DNA of 64,000 nt, taken from NCBI GenBank assembly GCA_015062305.1, contig SUUX01000001.1, forward strand, positions 154,808 to 218,807, given 5' to 3'. Below the pieces are notes generated by a model. That model did no database searches. It worked only from the letters and a program-made list of their open reading frames with translations, and was not told the DNA's origin. Within the stretch, counting starts at the first letter, position 1. The number at the start of each line of letters is the position of its first letter. Positions 45,650 through 56,028 of the stretch are shown in pieces. The position numbers were made by a program, and so were the translations under genes. This DNA is from Alphaproteobacteria bacterium (GTDB lineage Bacteria; Pseudomonadota; Alphaproteobacteria; RF32; CAG-239).

Positions 45650-46285
45650 ATGAAAAAATCACTGATTTGTACTTTGATTGCAACCTCTTTGCTTGCGGCC
45701 TGTGCAACAGATCCTTATACCGGAGAAAGCAAAGTGTCTAAAACAGCTTGGGGAACAGGTATTGGAACTCTGGCAGGTGCCGGAATTGGCGCTTTGGTTG
45801 GAGGCGAAAAAGGTGCGCTTATCGGTGCAGGTGTTGGAGCTGCAACAGGTGCCGGAACAGGTGCATATATGGATGTGCAAGCCAGAAAGTTGCGTCAAGA
45901 ATTGGTTGGTACCGGTGTGCAAGTGAAAGAAGTTAACGGAATGGTATATTTGATTATGCCGGGAAATATTACTTTTGATACAAATAAAGATGTTATTAAA
46001 TCAACATTTATGCCTGTACTGAACTCAATATCAAAAGTGATTGTGGAATACAACAAAACTAAAGTACAGGTTAGCGGATATACTGACAACACCGGAAATG
46101 ACAGCATAAATATTCCTTTGTCTCAAAAAAGAGCTCAGGCAGTGGCTCATTATCTGAATTTGCATGGTGTTGCCAACAACAGAATCTCTGTTGTTGGATA
46201 TGGCTCAGCAAACCCTATTGCACCTAACAATACAGCTGCCGGAAGAGAACAAAATCGTCGTGTGGAGATTGCTCTTAGCAACTAA
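45650..46285 (+). CDS. OmpA-family lipoprotein with glycine-zipper region
   Basis: Lipobox LLAACA, a Gly-zipper stretch (GIGTLAGAGIGALVGG...), and an OmpA C-terminal domain (GYTDNTG...LSQKRAQAV...GYG...N.T..GR..NRRVEI). Confidence 0.85.
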   Translation: MKKSLICTLIATSLLAACATDPYTGESKVSKTAWGTGIGTLAGAGIGALVGGEKGALIGAGVGAATGAGTGAYMDVQARKLRQELVGTGVQVKEVNGMVYLIMPGNITFDTNKDVIKSTFMPVLNSISKVIVEYNKTKVQVSGYTDNTGNDSINIPLSQKRAQAVAHYLNLHGVANNRISVVGYGSANPIAPNNTAAGREQNRRVEIALSN

Positions 46286-46333
46286 GCATATAAAAAACAA
46301 AAAAACCTTCTGCTCAAACAGCAGAAGGTTTTT

Positions 46334-46999
46334 TTATATGCACAAATTTACTTTGATGCCAGCTTCTCTAAGGATTTGCAGCATTTCGGCCAAAAAAACT
46401 TTTTCTCGATAGTGCAATCGTCCGTCTGCTTGTGCAATTTTTAGTATTTCGTGGCACAATTCTGTAATTCTTTTGGTGCTACGGCAATCTAAGTTGGAGA
46501 TGGCTTCATAAAAATCTTCTTCTGAAGGAGTAAGAGAGCTGACATATGCTTGCAAATATTGGTTGCTAAGCAGTTTGGCTCTGGGCTCTTGATGCAAAAT
46601 ATAATCAAAAATTATTTTCTCTTTGATGGGCGAAAGGTATTTGCAGACATTGCCAAAAAAGGCCATAATAAGAAGCTCACTTTTGATGTTTTCAAATAGT
46701 TTGTTTTTAGTTTGAATATGGCTATTTTTATCGTGATTAGGCTGGATATCCTCCCCCCTAAAATCAACTAGAAAATCTTCAAGCTTTTTATAATATTTTT
46801 CGGTGCTTAAATCCGTTATGTCATGAATAAACATGGCATCAAAAATATGTGATTTGCGATTGCGATAAAAGTATATATCAAAAAAGGTGTTGCCATCTTT
46901 TTCCCATACATTTTTGATGGCAACATTTTCCTCAAAAATCTTATCATTTTTGATAAAACGAACCTTCATATTATAAAAACGTATGGCACTATTTTGCAT
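46334..46999 (-). CDS. Hypothetical protein; C-terminal ~45 aa faintly TerB/DjlA-N-like
   Basis: 221-aa ORF bounded by a bidirectional terminator at 46303-46336. The C-terminus is ITELCHEILKIAQADGRLHYREKVFLAEML. The family call is weak. Confidence 0.45.
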   Translation of the reverse strand: MQNSAIRFYNMKVRFIKNDKIFEENVAIKNVWEKDGNTFFDIYFYRNRKSHIFDAMFIHDITDLSTEKYYKKLEDFLVDFRGEDIQPNHDKNSHIQTKNKLFENIKSELLIMAFFGNVCKYLSPIKEKIIFDYILHQEPRAKLLSNQYLQAYVSSLTPSEEDFYEAISNLDCRSTKRITELCHEILKIAQADGRLHYREKVFLAEMLQILREAGIKVNLCI

Positions 47000-47116
47000 A
47001 TTATGCTCCTTATAATTGCAGAATAGCGTATTTTTTTAGGCCTGTAAATAAAATTGTTGATTTCTTTTTTTATGTGATTAGTATGTGCTTCTAACTTTTA
47101 TAATTGTATATGAATT

Positions 47117-47953
47117 ATGAGAAAATTTGCTATTATTGATTTACTGCAAAAAATTTGCGAAATTGCAGACTATAATCCAGAAGATTTGGAGCTAAAGTGT
47201 AATGCTTTGCTTTCTTCGGAACCTTTTTGCGAAGATGATTTTTATTTGTGCCAAGAGTGGAATATGCTGAAAAATCCATCTGCTTTTCCTGATGGAAATA
47301 TAGGAAAAATGGTGGAGCTCAAAATTGTAAAATTTATGAATCTAAAAAACGAAGATACATTGATTTTGTGGCATAGAAACTTTTGGAAAAAATTTGTGTT
47401 ACAGCAAAAAATTAGAAATCTAAAGAAAACATCTTTTTCTTTGATGGATGTGTTTTTGTTTGTATCATCAATGTATCTGTTGCATGGCACAGACAAGAAA
47501 CAAGTCGGAATGGCTAAAATTGTTGGCAACTATGCTCCCAAAAAGAACAAACTGTTTGATATCGGAATTTTGCACGATATCTATGAAACCAGTAAAAATG
47601 CACCAGATGTTGTGAAAAAAACTGCTCAGTTTTTAAAAGCACAATCTGCAAATGAAGAGACAGAATTTTATCAATGGATTATTTCTTATCTTCCAGTGTC
47701 GGGAGCCGGAAAAAATTTGCATAATGATGTGCGAACCGGCTGTGTTTTGCGAAAATTTGCAGCACAAAAATGTGGGTTAACAAAATGGTTGATGATGTTT
47801 GATCTTCAGCAACGTCAGAAACGAAAAATTGATGTTTATGATATCTTGAATTGGCTATATTACTATTGTTCTATTCTGGGTATGAACTCACAAGAGTTTG
47901 AAATTGCATTGATTGAAAGCATGGGAAAAACTACTAAAAAAGAAAGGCACTGA
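47117..47953 (+). CDS. Hypothetical protein
   Basis: 278-aa ORF divergent from the previous gene. A terminator hairpin GCACTG/CAGTGC follows. No family recognised. Confidence 0.45.
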   Translation: MRKFAIIDLLQKICEIADYNPEDLELKCNALLSSEPFCEDDFYLCQEWNMLKNPSAFPDGNIGKMVELKIVKFMNLKNEDTLILWHRNFWKKFVLQQKIRNLKKTSFSLMDVFLFVSSMYLLHGTDKKQVGMAKIVGNYAPKKNKLFDIGILHDIYETSKNAPDVVKKTAQFLKAQSANEETEFYQWIISYLPVSGAGKNLHNDVRTGCVLRKFAAQKCGLTKWLMMFDLQQRQKRKIDVYDILNWLYYYCSILGMNSQEFEIALIESMGKTTKKERH

Positions 47954-47974
47954 TTGCAGTGCTTTTCTTTTTTT

Positions 47975-50900
47975 TTATAAATTGTTAATCTGGCTTACAT
48001 ATTTTTTGATTGTTTCAACCCTTAGAGAATATTCCGATAAGTCTTTTTCTATAAACAATTTTTGGTCCGGACGTACCTTTATTTGCCCAAAAGAAGATAA
48101 GATTAAATTCATCAATTTTTCCGGTTTGGCAAAGCTATTGCCTCGCAAACCGATTAAAATACCCTTGGCTCCGGCATCTATTTTATCTATACCGGCGCTA
48201 CGACATAAGATTTTGATTTCTACGGTTTTGAGAAGATTTTCAACCTCTGTGGGAATTGCACCAAAACGATCAACTAATTCTTCTCTCATATCGGCGATAG
48301 CTTCAATATTTTCGAGTTCGCCAATACGTTTATATAGCCCCAGACGAACCCCCAAATCTCTGACATAAGTTTCTGGTATCATAATAGGAATGCCAGTAGT
48401 AATTTGAGGAGCCCAATCTTGTGTTGGGTGATTTTGCTCATCAGCAATAACCCCCGAACGCAAGCGCAAGATTTCTTCTTCTAACATATGTTGATATAGG
48501 GATATGCCGACTTCTTTGATGTGGCCGGATTGTTCTTCGCCCAATATGTTTCCGGAACCTCTGATATCCATATCGTGGCTAGCTAAAGAGAAACCTGCTC
48601 CCAAAGTATCTAGAGCTTGCAAAATGCCTAAACGGCGCTCGGCAATTGCAGTTAGCTTGCGTTTGGGCGGAATTGTAAAATATGCGTAGCCGCGCTTTTT
48701 GCCTCTTCCGATGCGCCCCTTGAGCTGATATAGTTGGGCCAAACCAAACATATCTGAACGATAAACTATCATGGTGTTGACACTGGGCATATCTATACCT
48801 GATTCAATTATTGTGGTTGATAATAATAAATCATATTGTCCATTGGCAAAATCGTTCATCACTTCTTCTAATTGTCTGACCGGCATTTGCCCATGTGCAA
48901 CTGCAATTTTGATATCGGGTGCAAGGGCTTTGAGTTCTTGTTCCACACCAAAAATATCGGAGACTCTGGGGCAAACAAAAAAGATTTGTCCTCCTCTGAA
49001 TTTTTCTCGGTAAATGGCTTCTTTTATCATGACTTTATCAAACGGCATAACAAAAGTTCTGGCCGCCAAACGGTCTACCGGAGGGGTTGCAATAATGGAT
49101 AGTTGTTTTACTCCGGTAAGAGAAAGTTGCAATGTGCGTGGTATGGGTGTGGCTGTCAGAGTCAATACATGGACATCTGACTTGATTTGTTTTAATTTTT
49201 CTTTGTGCGCAACACCAAAATGTTGCTCTTCGTCTATAATCAGTAGCCCCAGATTGCAAAACTTGATATCTTTGGCCAAAAGAGCATGGGTGCCAATAAC
49301 AATTTCTACTGCTCCATCTTGCAAGGCTTTTTTGGTTTCGGCTGTTTCTTTTGCTCCCACCAAACGAGAAAGCATTTTTACTCTGACAGGAAAACCTTCC
49401 ATCCTTTGTTTGAAGTTGAGATAGTGCTGGCGAGCCAATAATGTGGTGGGTACAATTAAAGCAACTTGAGCGCCGCTAGCGGCAACAGCAAATGCGGCTC
49501 GCAAAGCAACCTCTGTTTTGCCAAAACCAACATCTCCACAAACAAGCCTATCCATTGGTACAGAAGTGTTAAGATCTGATAAAACATCGTGGATGGCATT
49601 TAGCTGATCATTGGTTTCATTATATGCAAAACGAGAACAAAAATCATCAAACATTCCTTGCGGCGGAACAAAACAATCAGCTTTTTTGAGTTGGCGTTCA
49701 GCAGCAATCTTTATAAGTTTTTCAGCAATATCTCTTATCTTTTGTTTAACTTTGGCTTTTTTAGCTTGCCATGCTGCACCACCAAGCGTATCCAGCTGGA
49801 TATTTTCATCATCAACGCCATAGCGAGACAAAACATCTATGTTTTCGACAGGAACAAATAGCTTGGCATCGTTTGCATATATGATTTTGAGACAATCATG
49901 AGGAGCTCCTCCGGCAACAATATTTTCTAACCCCATAAAACGCCCTATTCCGTGTTCTATATGAACAACTAAATCTCCAATATTTAGAGCAGAAACATCA
50001 GCAATAAAATCTTTGGCTGTGACTTTTTTGGTATGTCTGCGATTTTGGCGTTCACCTAAGATATCTTGCTCTGATACCAGCAAATAGCCATCACCTTTGA
50101 AACCATGCGCCAAAGGCATGATTGTTAAGACTGTTTGATGTTCTGATTTTGAAAGCGTTTCTTTCCAGCTATCGGCAAGAGTGATATTTGTATATTGGTA
50201 TTCTTGCAAAAGTGAAGCTATGCGTTCTCTGGAACCTGGTGTATAGCATGCGATAATACGCTTGAATGAAGCGTTTGTCTGCAGATAGTTGCCAAGCTCT
50301 GTATATACTTGGCCAGCGGTAATATTTTTGGCATTGGAAAAATTGCGTCCGGGGACGATATTGCAGTTGATTGTATCTTGACCATCGGGTATAGACATCG
50401 TGCTAAATTTGAGTGGTTTTTTGCTTTGTAGTATAGATAAAAACTCATCTGCAGTATAATATAGCAACTCAGGTTTTAGCGGACGATAGGTGTCTATATC
50501 TGTGGCTGATTTTATTTGTAGAGCTTCTAATCTGGCCTGATAATAATCGGCAATGCTTTCTCCTTTTGAGCGTGCAGCTTCTTCAATGTTTTTACCCAAA
50601 ACAATTTTAGCTGATGGAATATAGTCCAGTAAACCGGGAAGAGCATCTTCGTAAAAAAATGGCAACCAGTTTTCCATACCGATATATTTTTTGCCGGCAG
50701 AAATAGCTTCGTATATTTCATCTTCATTAAAAGCAACACCAAAAGCTTCTCTATATTTGCTACGAAAACATTTGATGGTATTGGCATCTAAAACAACCTC
50801 TCCAGCGACTCTAAATACATAATATTTTATATCACCGGTGGTGCGTTGATTCATAACATCAAAGGTGCGAATGCGTTCAATCTCTTCATCAAATAAATCT

Positions 50901-51439
50901 ATGCGCAAGGGCTGCTCTGAGCCTATGGGAAAGATGTCTATGATATCGCCTCGCACAGCATATTCTCCCGGTTCAAAAACCTGTTCAACTCGAGAATAGC
51001 CATTTATTGAAAGATAGTGCAAAAAATTATCAAAATCCAGTTTATGTCCTATTTTTAGTTCTCGTGCAGAATTGAGAAATATTTTTTTGGGAGGCAGTTT
51101 TTGTAAAACTGCGCCTACACTGGTGACTATTATTCTGGCAGAGTTAGGGGTGGGAATGGTTGCCAACTGAGCCAAGGTTTCTATTCTTTCGGCGACAATA
51201 CTTATACTCGGTGATACCCTATCGTATGGAACAGTGTCCCATGCCGGAAAACGCAAAACCTGTAGTTTGGGATTTAGAAATTGCAACAAGTCTGCCGTGC
51301 GAGCAAGCTCCACACCATCACTGACGATGTATAAAATATCTTTGTTCTTGCGGCTGAATGTATCTAAAAGGAAAGCATCGTACCCCTCTGATACAGATGA
51401 TAATGTAAAACCGCTCAATTTGTTAATATCGTATTGCAT
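47975..51439 (-). CDS. mfd: Transcription-repair coupling factor
   Basis: 1154 aa with a UvrB-homology N-terminus, an RNAP-interaction domain, helicase motifs (GDVGFGKTEVA, DEEQHFG) and TRG region. Confidence 0.95.
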   Translation of the reverse strand: MQYDINKLSGFTLSSVSEGYDAFLLDTFSRKNKDILYIVSDGVELARTADLLQFLNPKLQVLRFPAWDTVPYDRVSPSISIVAERIETLAQLATIPTPNSARIIVTSVGAVLQKLPPKKIFLNSARELKIGHKLDFDNFLHYLSINGYSRVEQVFEPGEYAVRGDIIDIFPIGSEQPLRIDLFDEEIERIRTFDVMNQRTTGDIKYYVFRVAGEVVLDANTIKCFRSKYREAFGVAFNEDEIYEAISAGKKYIGMENWLPFFYEDALPGLLDYIPSAKIVLGKNIEEAARSKGESIADYYQARLEALQIKSATDIDTYRPLKPELLYYTADEFLSILQSKKPLKFSTMSIPDGQDTINCNIVPGRNFSNAKNITAGQVYTELGNYLQTNASFKRIIACYTPGSRERIASLLQEYQYTNITLADSWKETLSKSEHQTVLTIMPLAHGFKGDGYLLVSEQDILGERQNRRHTKKVTAKDFIADVSALNIGDLVVHIEHGIGRFMGLENIVAGGAPHDCLKIIYANDAKLFVPVENIDVLSRYGVDDENIQLDTLGGAAWQAKKAKVKQKIRDIAEKLIKIAAERQLKKADCFVPPQGMFDDFCSRFAYNETNDQLNAIHDVLSDLNTSVPMDRLVCGDVGFGKTEVALRAAFAVAASGAQVALIVPTTLLARQHYLNFKQRMEGFPVRVKMLSRLVGAKETAETKKALQDGAVEIVIGTHALLAKDIKFCNLGLLIIDEEQHFGVAHKEKLKQIKSDVHVLTLTATPIPRTLQLSLTGVKQLSIIATPPVDRLAARTFVMPFDKVMIKEAIYREKFRGGQIFFVCPRVSDIFGVEQELKALAPDIKIAVAHGQMPVRQLEEVMNDFANGQYDLLLSTTIIESGIDMPSVNTMIVYRSDMFGLAQLYQLKGRIGRGKKRGYAYFTIPPKRKLTAIAERRLGILQALDTLGAGFSLASHDMDIRGSGNILGEEQSGHIKEVGISLYQHMLEEEILRLRSGVIADEQNHPTQDWAPQITTGIPIMIPETYVRDLGVRLGLYKRIGELENIEAIADMREELVDRFGAIPTEVENLLKTVEIKILCRSAGIDKIDAGAKGILIGLRGNSFAKPEKLMNLILSSFGQIKVRPDQKLFIEKDLSEYSLRVETIKKYVSQINNL

Positions 51440-51529
51440 TTTATTGTCGTTATGTTGTTTTTGGTTTATTATATATATTGTTTTTGTGGCTTTGTCACCT
51501 GTTATTTGGCCCTATTAGAGGAGTAATTT

Positions 51530-53611
51530 ATGCGTCCGGAAATATTATATCCGTTATTTGCAGACATCAGCACTATAAAAGGTGTTGGAGAACGTGCGCA
51601 CAAATTATTGTCAAACCTTGTAGGCGGTAATAAAATTGTAGATATGCTGTGGCACTTGCCATCTAATATAATTGATAGAACATATTCTCCAAAACTGGCA
51701 AATGCAATACCCGGGCGTATTTGCACAATTGTGGCAAAGGTTGTGGAGCACATTCCCGCCAAAAACTCCAGACAGCCTTATAAAGTGGTGGTGGAAGATG
51801 GAACAGAGCAACTTATTTTGATATTTTTTAAGGTATATGCCGAATCGATTGCGAAAGCTCTGCCGGTGGGACAAACAAGAGTGATAAGCGGCAAGCTTGA
51901 AAGTTTTAACGGCCAATTACAAATGGCGCATCCGGACTATATTGTGCGACCACAAGAAATTGAAAAAGTTCTGAAAAAAGAAACAGTTTATCCGCTAACT
52001 GCCGGAATTAGCAATAAAGTTATGGGCCGTTTTATGGAGCAGGCATTGGCCAGAATCCCAAATTTGCCGGAGTGGCAAGACAAGAACTTTTTGCAACAAC
52101 AAAAATGGGGAAGCTTTAACGACGCATTGCTTGCGGCGCACTCCCCTGTATTTGCTTCTGATTTGGAAAGTTTTGCCAAAGAACGGTGTCGATTGGCCTA
52201 TGATGAATTGTTGGCTAATCAATTGGCTTTGGCTATTGTCAGACAAAGAGTAAAAAAACAAGCAGGTCGCAATTTGTGTGGCAATGGAGCTTTGCGCAAA
52301 AAAATATTGGATAAACTCCCTTTTAATCTGACAGATGCTCAACAAAAGGTATTGTCTGAAATATATGCAGAACAGCAACAACCATATCGGATGTTGAGAC
52401 TTTTGCAAGGAGATGTCGGAAGCGGAAAAACAATTGTAGCTTTGTTGGCAATGCTTAGCGCTGTTGAATGCGGTGCTCAAGCCGCAATTATGGCTCCAAC
52501 AGAAATATTGGCAAAACAACATTTGGAAACAATTGCTCCACTGTGTGAAGATATAGGTATCAAAGCTGAATTACTAACAGGCAAGACCAAAGGAAAATAT
52601 CGCAAACAAATTTTGGAAGACTTGCAGAATGGTAAAATTAATATTGCCATTGGAACACATGCTTTGTTCCAAGATGACGTGAAATTTGCAGATTTGGGCT
52701 TTGTGGTGGTAGATGAACAACATCGTTTTGGAGTACACCAGCGTATGCTTCTTTCAGAAAAAGGCAATAAAGCAGATATTTTGGTTATGACTGCAACCCC
52801 TATTCCGAGAACATTGGTGCTGACGGCCTATGGTGATATGGAATATTCTAAAATAGACCAAGTGCCGGAAGGGCGAAAACCTGTGGATACCAGAGTTTTA
52901 CCTTTGGGAAAACTGCCAGAAGTGGTGGCAGGTTTACAAAGAAAAATTGCCTGCGGTTGCCGTGCCTATTGGGTATGCCCTTTGGTGGAAGAATCTGAAA
53001 AATCTGACTTGGCTGCGGCCGAAGAAAGATTTGCTGCTTTGCAAAAAATATTTGGAGATGAAGTGGGTTTGGTACACGGCAAAATGAAAGAAAAAGATAA
53101 AGATGCCGTGATGGAAAAATTTAAAAAAGGAGAATATAAATTGCTGGTGGCAACCACTGTTATTGAGGTGGGAGTTAATGTGCCGGAAGCAACCGTTATG
53201 ATTATTGAGCATGCCGAACGTTTTGGTTTGGCTCAATTGCACCAATTGAGAGGAAGAATAAAAAGAGGGTTTGAAGCTTCTACTTGTATGTTGATGTATA
53301 GTCCTCCATTGAGCGAAACAGCTACAGAACGTTTGAATATCATGAAGAATAGTGAAGATGGTTTTTTGATTGCAGAAAAAGACTTGGAACTAAGAGGCGG
53401 AGGAGAAATATTGGGGACCAGACAAAGCGGTTTTGCCGATTTTAGAATTGCTGACTTGGAGGTACATAAAAATTTATTACAAATTGCCAATAAAGATGCA
53501 AAAATGATTTTAGAAATGGACCCTAAATTGGAAACTACAAGAGGAATGGCTTTGCGTACTCTGCTCTATTTGTTTGAAAAAGAAGATACTGTGCGCAATT
53601 ATAGAAGTTAA
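51530..53611 (+). CDS. recG: ATP-dependent DNA helicase RecG
   Basis: Wedge domain, GDVGSGKT, DEQHRFG, and the TRG motif QLHQLRGR. Confidence 0.95.
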   Translation: MRPEILYPLFADISTIKGVGERAHKLLSNLVGGNKIVDMLWHLPSNIIDRTYSPKLANAIPGRICTIVAKVVEHIPAKNSRQPYKVVVEDGTEQLILIFFKVYAESIAKALPVGQTRVISGKLESFNGQLQMAHPDYIVRPQEIEKVLKKETVYPLTAGISNKVMGRFMEQALARIPNLPEWQDKNFLQQQKWGSFNDALLAAHSPVFASDLESFAKERCRLAYDELLANQLALAIVRQRVKKQAGRNLCGNGALRKKILDKLPFNLTDAQQKVLSEIYAEQQQPYRMLRLLQGDVGSGKTIVALLAMLSAVECGAQAAIMAPTEILAKQHLETIAPLCEDIGIKAELLTGKTKGKYRKQILEDLQNGKINIAIGTHALFQDDVKFADLGFVVVDEQHRFGVHQRMLLSEKGNKADILVMTATPIPRTLVLTAYGDMEYSKIDQVPEGRKPVDTRVLPLGKLPEVVAGLQRKIACGCRAYWVCPLVEESEKSDLAAAEERFAALQKIFGDEVGLVHGKMKEKDKDAVMEKFKKGEYKLLVATTVIEVGVNVPEATVMIIEHAERFGLAQLHQLRGRIKRGFEASTCMLMYSPPLSETATERLNIMKNSEDGFLIAEKDLELRGGGEILGTRQSGFADFRIADLEVHKNLLQIANKDAKMILEMDPKLETTRGMALRTLLYLFEKEDTVRNYRS

Positions 53612-53662
53612 AAAAAAACAGCCTCCATTGCGGAAGCTGCTTTTTAACGGATAAACAATGCA

Positions 53663-54037
53663 TCAGACATCTGTCCACCTAATGCAAATTTGCCCTCCTT
53701 GGTTTTTATAAACTGTGCCCTTTTGGCGCTGTAGAGAATCATCTTCTTGTTTTATATTACGATACCATATTCGCCCTACTTCGGTCACCGGAATTGGTCT
53801 GGAAATACCATAATATACAATAAACAAATTGGTACATTCTTCTAATATGGCTATATCCCGATGAGAACCTTTTGTGAGATCCATGCACCAAATTGGTCCG
53901 GGTATACGTCCTTCTACTGTCGCCAAATAAGCTCTGCTTATTTTGTCATACCGCTTGATTTTTTTTCCGAGCTTGCGACGAAAAATATTCGTCATAATAC
54001 AGGGGGTATGAACTCCTGTTTTAGCTTTCTTTGCCAT
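53663..54037 (-). CDS. Hypothetical protein (second gene of a two-gene cassette)
   Basis: 124 aa from ATG 54037 (MAKKAKTGVH...). The longer track ORF overlaps the upstream gene in another frame and is trimmed. Confidence 0.35.
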   Translation of the reverse strand: MAKKAKTGVHTPCIMTNIFRRKLGKKIKRYDKISRAYLATVEGRIPGPIWCMDLTKGSHRDIAILEECTNLFIVYYGISRPIPVTEVGRIWYRNIKQEDDSLQRQKGTVYKNQGGQICIRWTDV

Positions 54038-54071
54038 AATTGTCGATTCTTTACCATTCAACAATAGAAAA

Positions 54072-54584
54072 TTAAAGCAGGCAAAGTGTCTCTTGGTTTG
54101 CAAACCAATCATCAACCTCTGCAACTTCATAATCGCTTTTTCCGTGTGGCAAGTCACAATCGGCGACATGATGCTTTTCACGATACGGCAAGTTAATAAT
54201 GGCAAAGCATGTGCTAATTTGCAATGCAGCTGTACTGCCAATCATAACCGGCTGCATGATACCTCTTTCTGTGTTGATAGTAGTATCATCGTGTCTTATG
54301 CAACAAACATTCGGGCGTTCGGTAACATGTGACCAGTGGTTATCTGCCGGATAGTATAACATATACTCTACCTTGCTATGACCAAACTTGCCTCGAAGCG
54401 GAAACATAAATGCTATGCTATATAGCACATTTTCAGCATCTGTTATGTTGACCAATTTGCCTTTGCCGATAATGTATAGCCTTCTAATGTTAGCAAAGTT
54501 ACGATCTTTGTTGATAAACTTTGCAACCATTTCAATGGTTAAAGTCCTGGACTTCATTCCCATTACACAGCTTTTTTTTGTCAT
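54072..54584 (-). CDS. Hypothetical protein (first gene of a two-gene cassette)
   Basis: 170-aa ORF with no signal peptide, no clear Shine-Dalgarno, and no recognisable family. Confidence 0.4.
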   Translation of the reverse strand: MTKKSCVMGMKSRTLTIEMVAKFINKDRNFANIRRLYIIGKGKLVNITDAENVLYSIAFMFPLRGKFGHSKVEYMLYYPADNHWSHVTERPNVCCIRHDDTTINTERGIMQPVMIGSTAALQISTCFAIINLPYREKHHVADCDLPHGKSDYEVAEVDDWFANQETLCLL

Positions 54585-54751
54585 GTTTTTAGGGTTTTAG
54601 AAAATAAATATTAAAAATAATGTATTGCCTTTATATTATTATTGATTGGACAAAAGTCAAGCGAATATTGTCTAAAAAAAGTTATTAATTGCTCTTTAAA
54701 TCGAATATCAAAAGCATATATGCATAAAAAACAATATTTTTGAGGAGCATA

Positions 54752-56014
54752 ATGATGAATAAATATTTGAATTTGTTGTTAGTTGGAGTAGCTTTTGGGG
54801 TATTGGCAGTTGATATTGAAAAAGCCTGTGGTGCAGAAGCTCCGGTTAGTGTTGCAAATCAAAAAACCAAAAAAGCTCGAGGAGCAGCAAACCGAGTCGC
54901 AGCATCAGAACATCGTAGAACACTCAATTTTTCTGATTTTGGTAAAGAATATACAGAGTTTAAGAACAGATTGCAAAATGAACATGGTTTGAGTTATGCC
55001 CTTGATGTATCTTTTATGCCACAATATGGAGCTCCCAGTGGCAAAAAAACAGCTTTTCAGACAATAATATATCCATCTGTAACATGGACAGCTTTTAACA
55101 ATGAATATGGAAATGCAACAGTTAATGCGGCATATAACATTGTCAGATATTCCGGTGATAGCGCAACACGAATCGGAAACCGACTTGGAACTGTGACCGC
55201 TATTAATGATTATTCATCAATGTCTAATGCTTTTGATGAGTTGTATTTATCTTATCAGTTGCCTGGAAAATGGAGTTGGTTGACATTGGCTTTGGGACAA
55301 TTTCCGATTTATAATTTTGACGGAACCGCATATGATTCCAACCAACAAGAAAACTTTGTAAACTTTGCTTTGGCACAAAATGCAACATCTACTTATCCGA
55401 CAGCATCGATGGGAGGATATTTACAGATTGCTCCGAATGATGAATGGAGTTTGGCTCTGGGAGCGCAAGATGCACACAATATTGATGGTGATGGAATATC
55501 TACATCGCATCTGACAAAAGATGCTCATTATACCAGTTTTGCATCCTTGAGCTACACTCCAAACATCAAAGGTCTGGGTGACGGTCAATATTCTGTTTTG
55601 GTTTATAATCAGCCTTATGTTGATGTGCAAAAAGAAACAACAAACGGGTGGTCGCTTAATGCCAGCCAAAATATTGGAGAAAAATGGGCAGTGTTTGGCA
55701 GAATAAATGGTGTGAGCGGCAGCACGGCAGAAATTAATCAGTCTTATGTGTTGGGTGCTGTCTATAATAACCCCTTGGATAGGAACCCTTTGGATCAAAT
55801 AGGTTTTGCGGCAGCTTATAATAAGATTGATGAAAAAGCGGTGGGTGAACCTTTGGCTCATGATGCAGAAAAAGTTTTGGAGGCATATTGGGCTTGGGGT
55901 GTGTCAAAATGGATGACCATTACTCCCGATGTGCAGTTCTATATTGATCCGGCTCTGAATACTAAATCTGACTATGCAACAGTGTTTACTTTGCGAGCAA
56001 GTGTATTCTTCTGA
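54752..56014 (+). CDS. OprB-like carbohydrate-selective porin
   Basis: GAGGAG Shine-Dalgarno, a signal peptide, alternating beta-strand pattern, and the terminal barrel signature ...TLRASVFF. Confidence 0.65.
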   Translation: MMNKYLNLLLVGVAFGVLAVDIEKACGAEAPVSVANQKTKKARGAANRVAASEHRRTLNFSDFGKEYTEFKNRLQNEHGLSYALDVSFMPQYGAPSGKKTAFQTIIYPSVTWTAFNNEYGNATVNAAYNIVRYSGDSATRIGNRLGTVTAINDYSSMSNAFDELYLSYQLPGKWSWLTLALGQFPIYNFDGTAYDSNQQENFVNFALAQNATSTYPTASMGGYLQIAPNDEWSLALGAQDAHNIDGDGISTSHLTKDAHYTSFASLSYTPNIKGLGDGQYSVLVYNQPYVDVQKETTNGWSLNASQNIGEKWAVFGRINGVSGSTAEINQSYVLGAVYNNPLDRNPLDQIGFAAAYNKIDEKAVGEPLAHDAEKVLEAYWAWGVSKWMTITPDVQFYIDPALNTKSDYATVFTLRASVFF

Positions 56015-56028
56015 TATGAGCAAATGCG

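Noticed and set aside
54038-54241. Long version of ORF 53663-54241
   Set aside because: Its first 68 codons overlap the upstream ORF in a different frame. Trimmed to ATG 54037. A frameshifted single gene remains an alternative.
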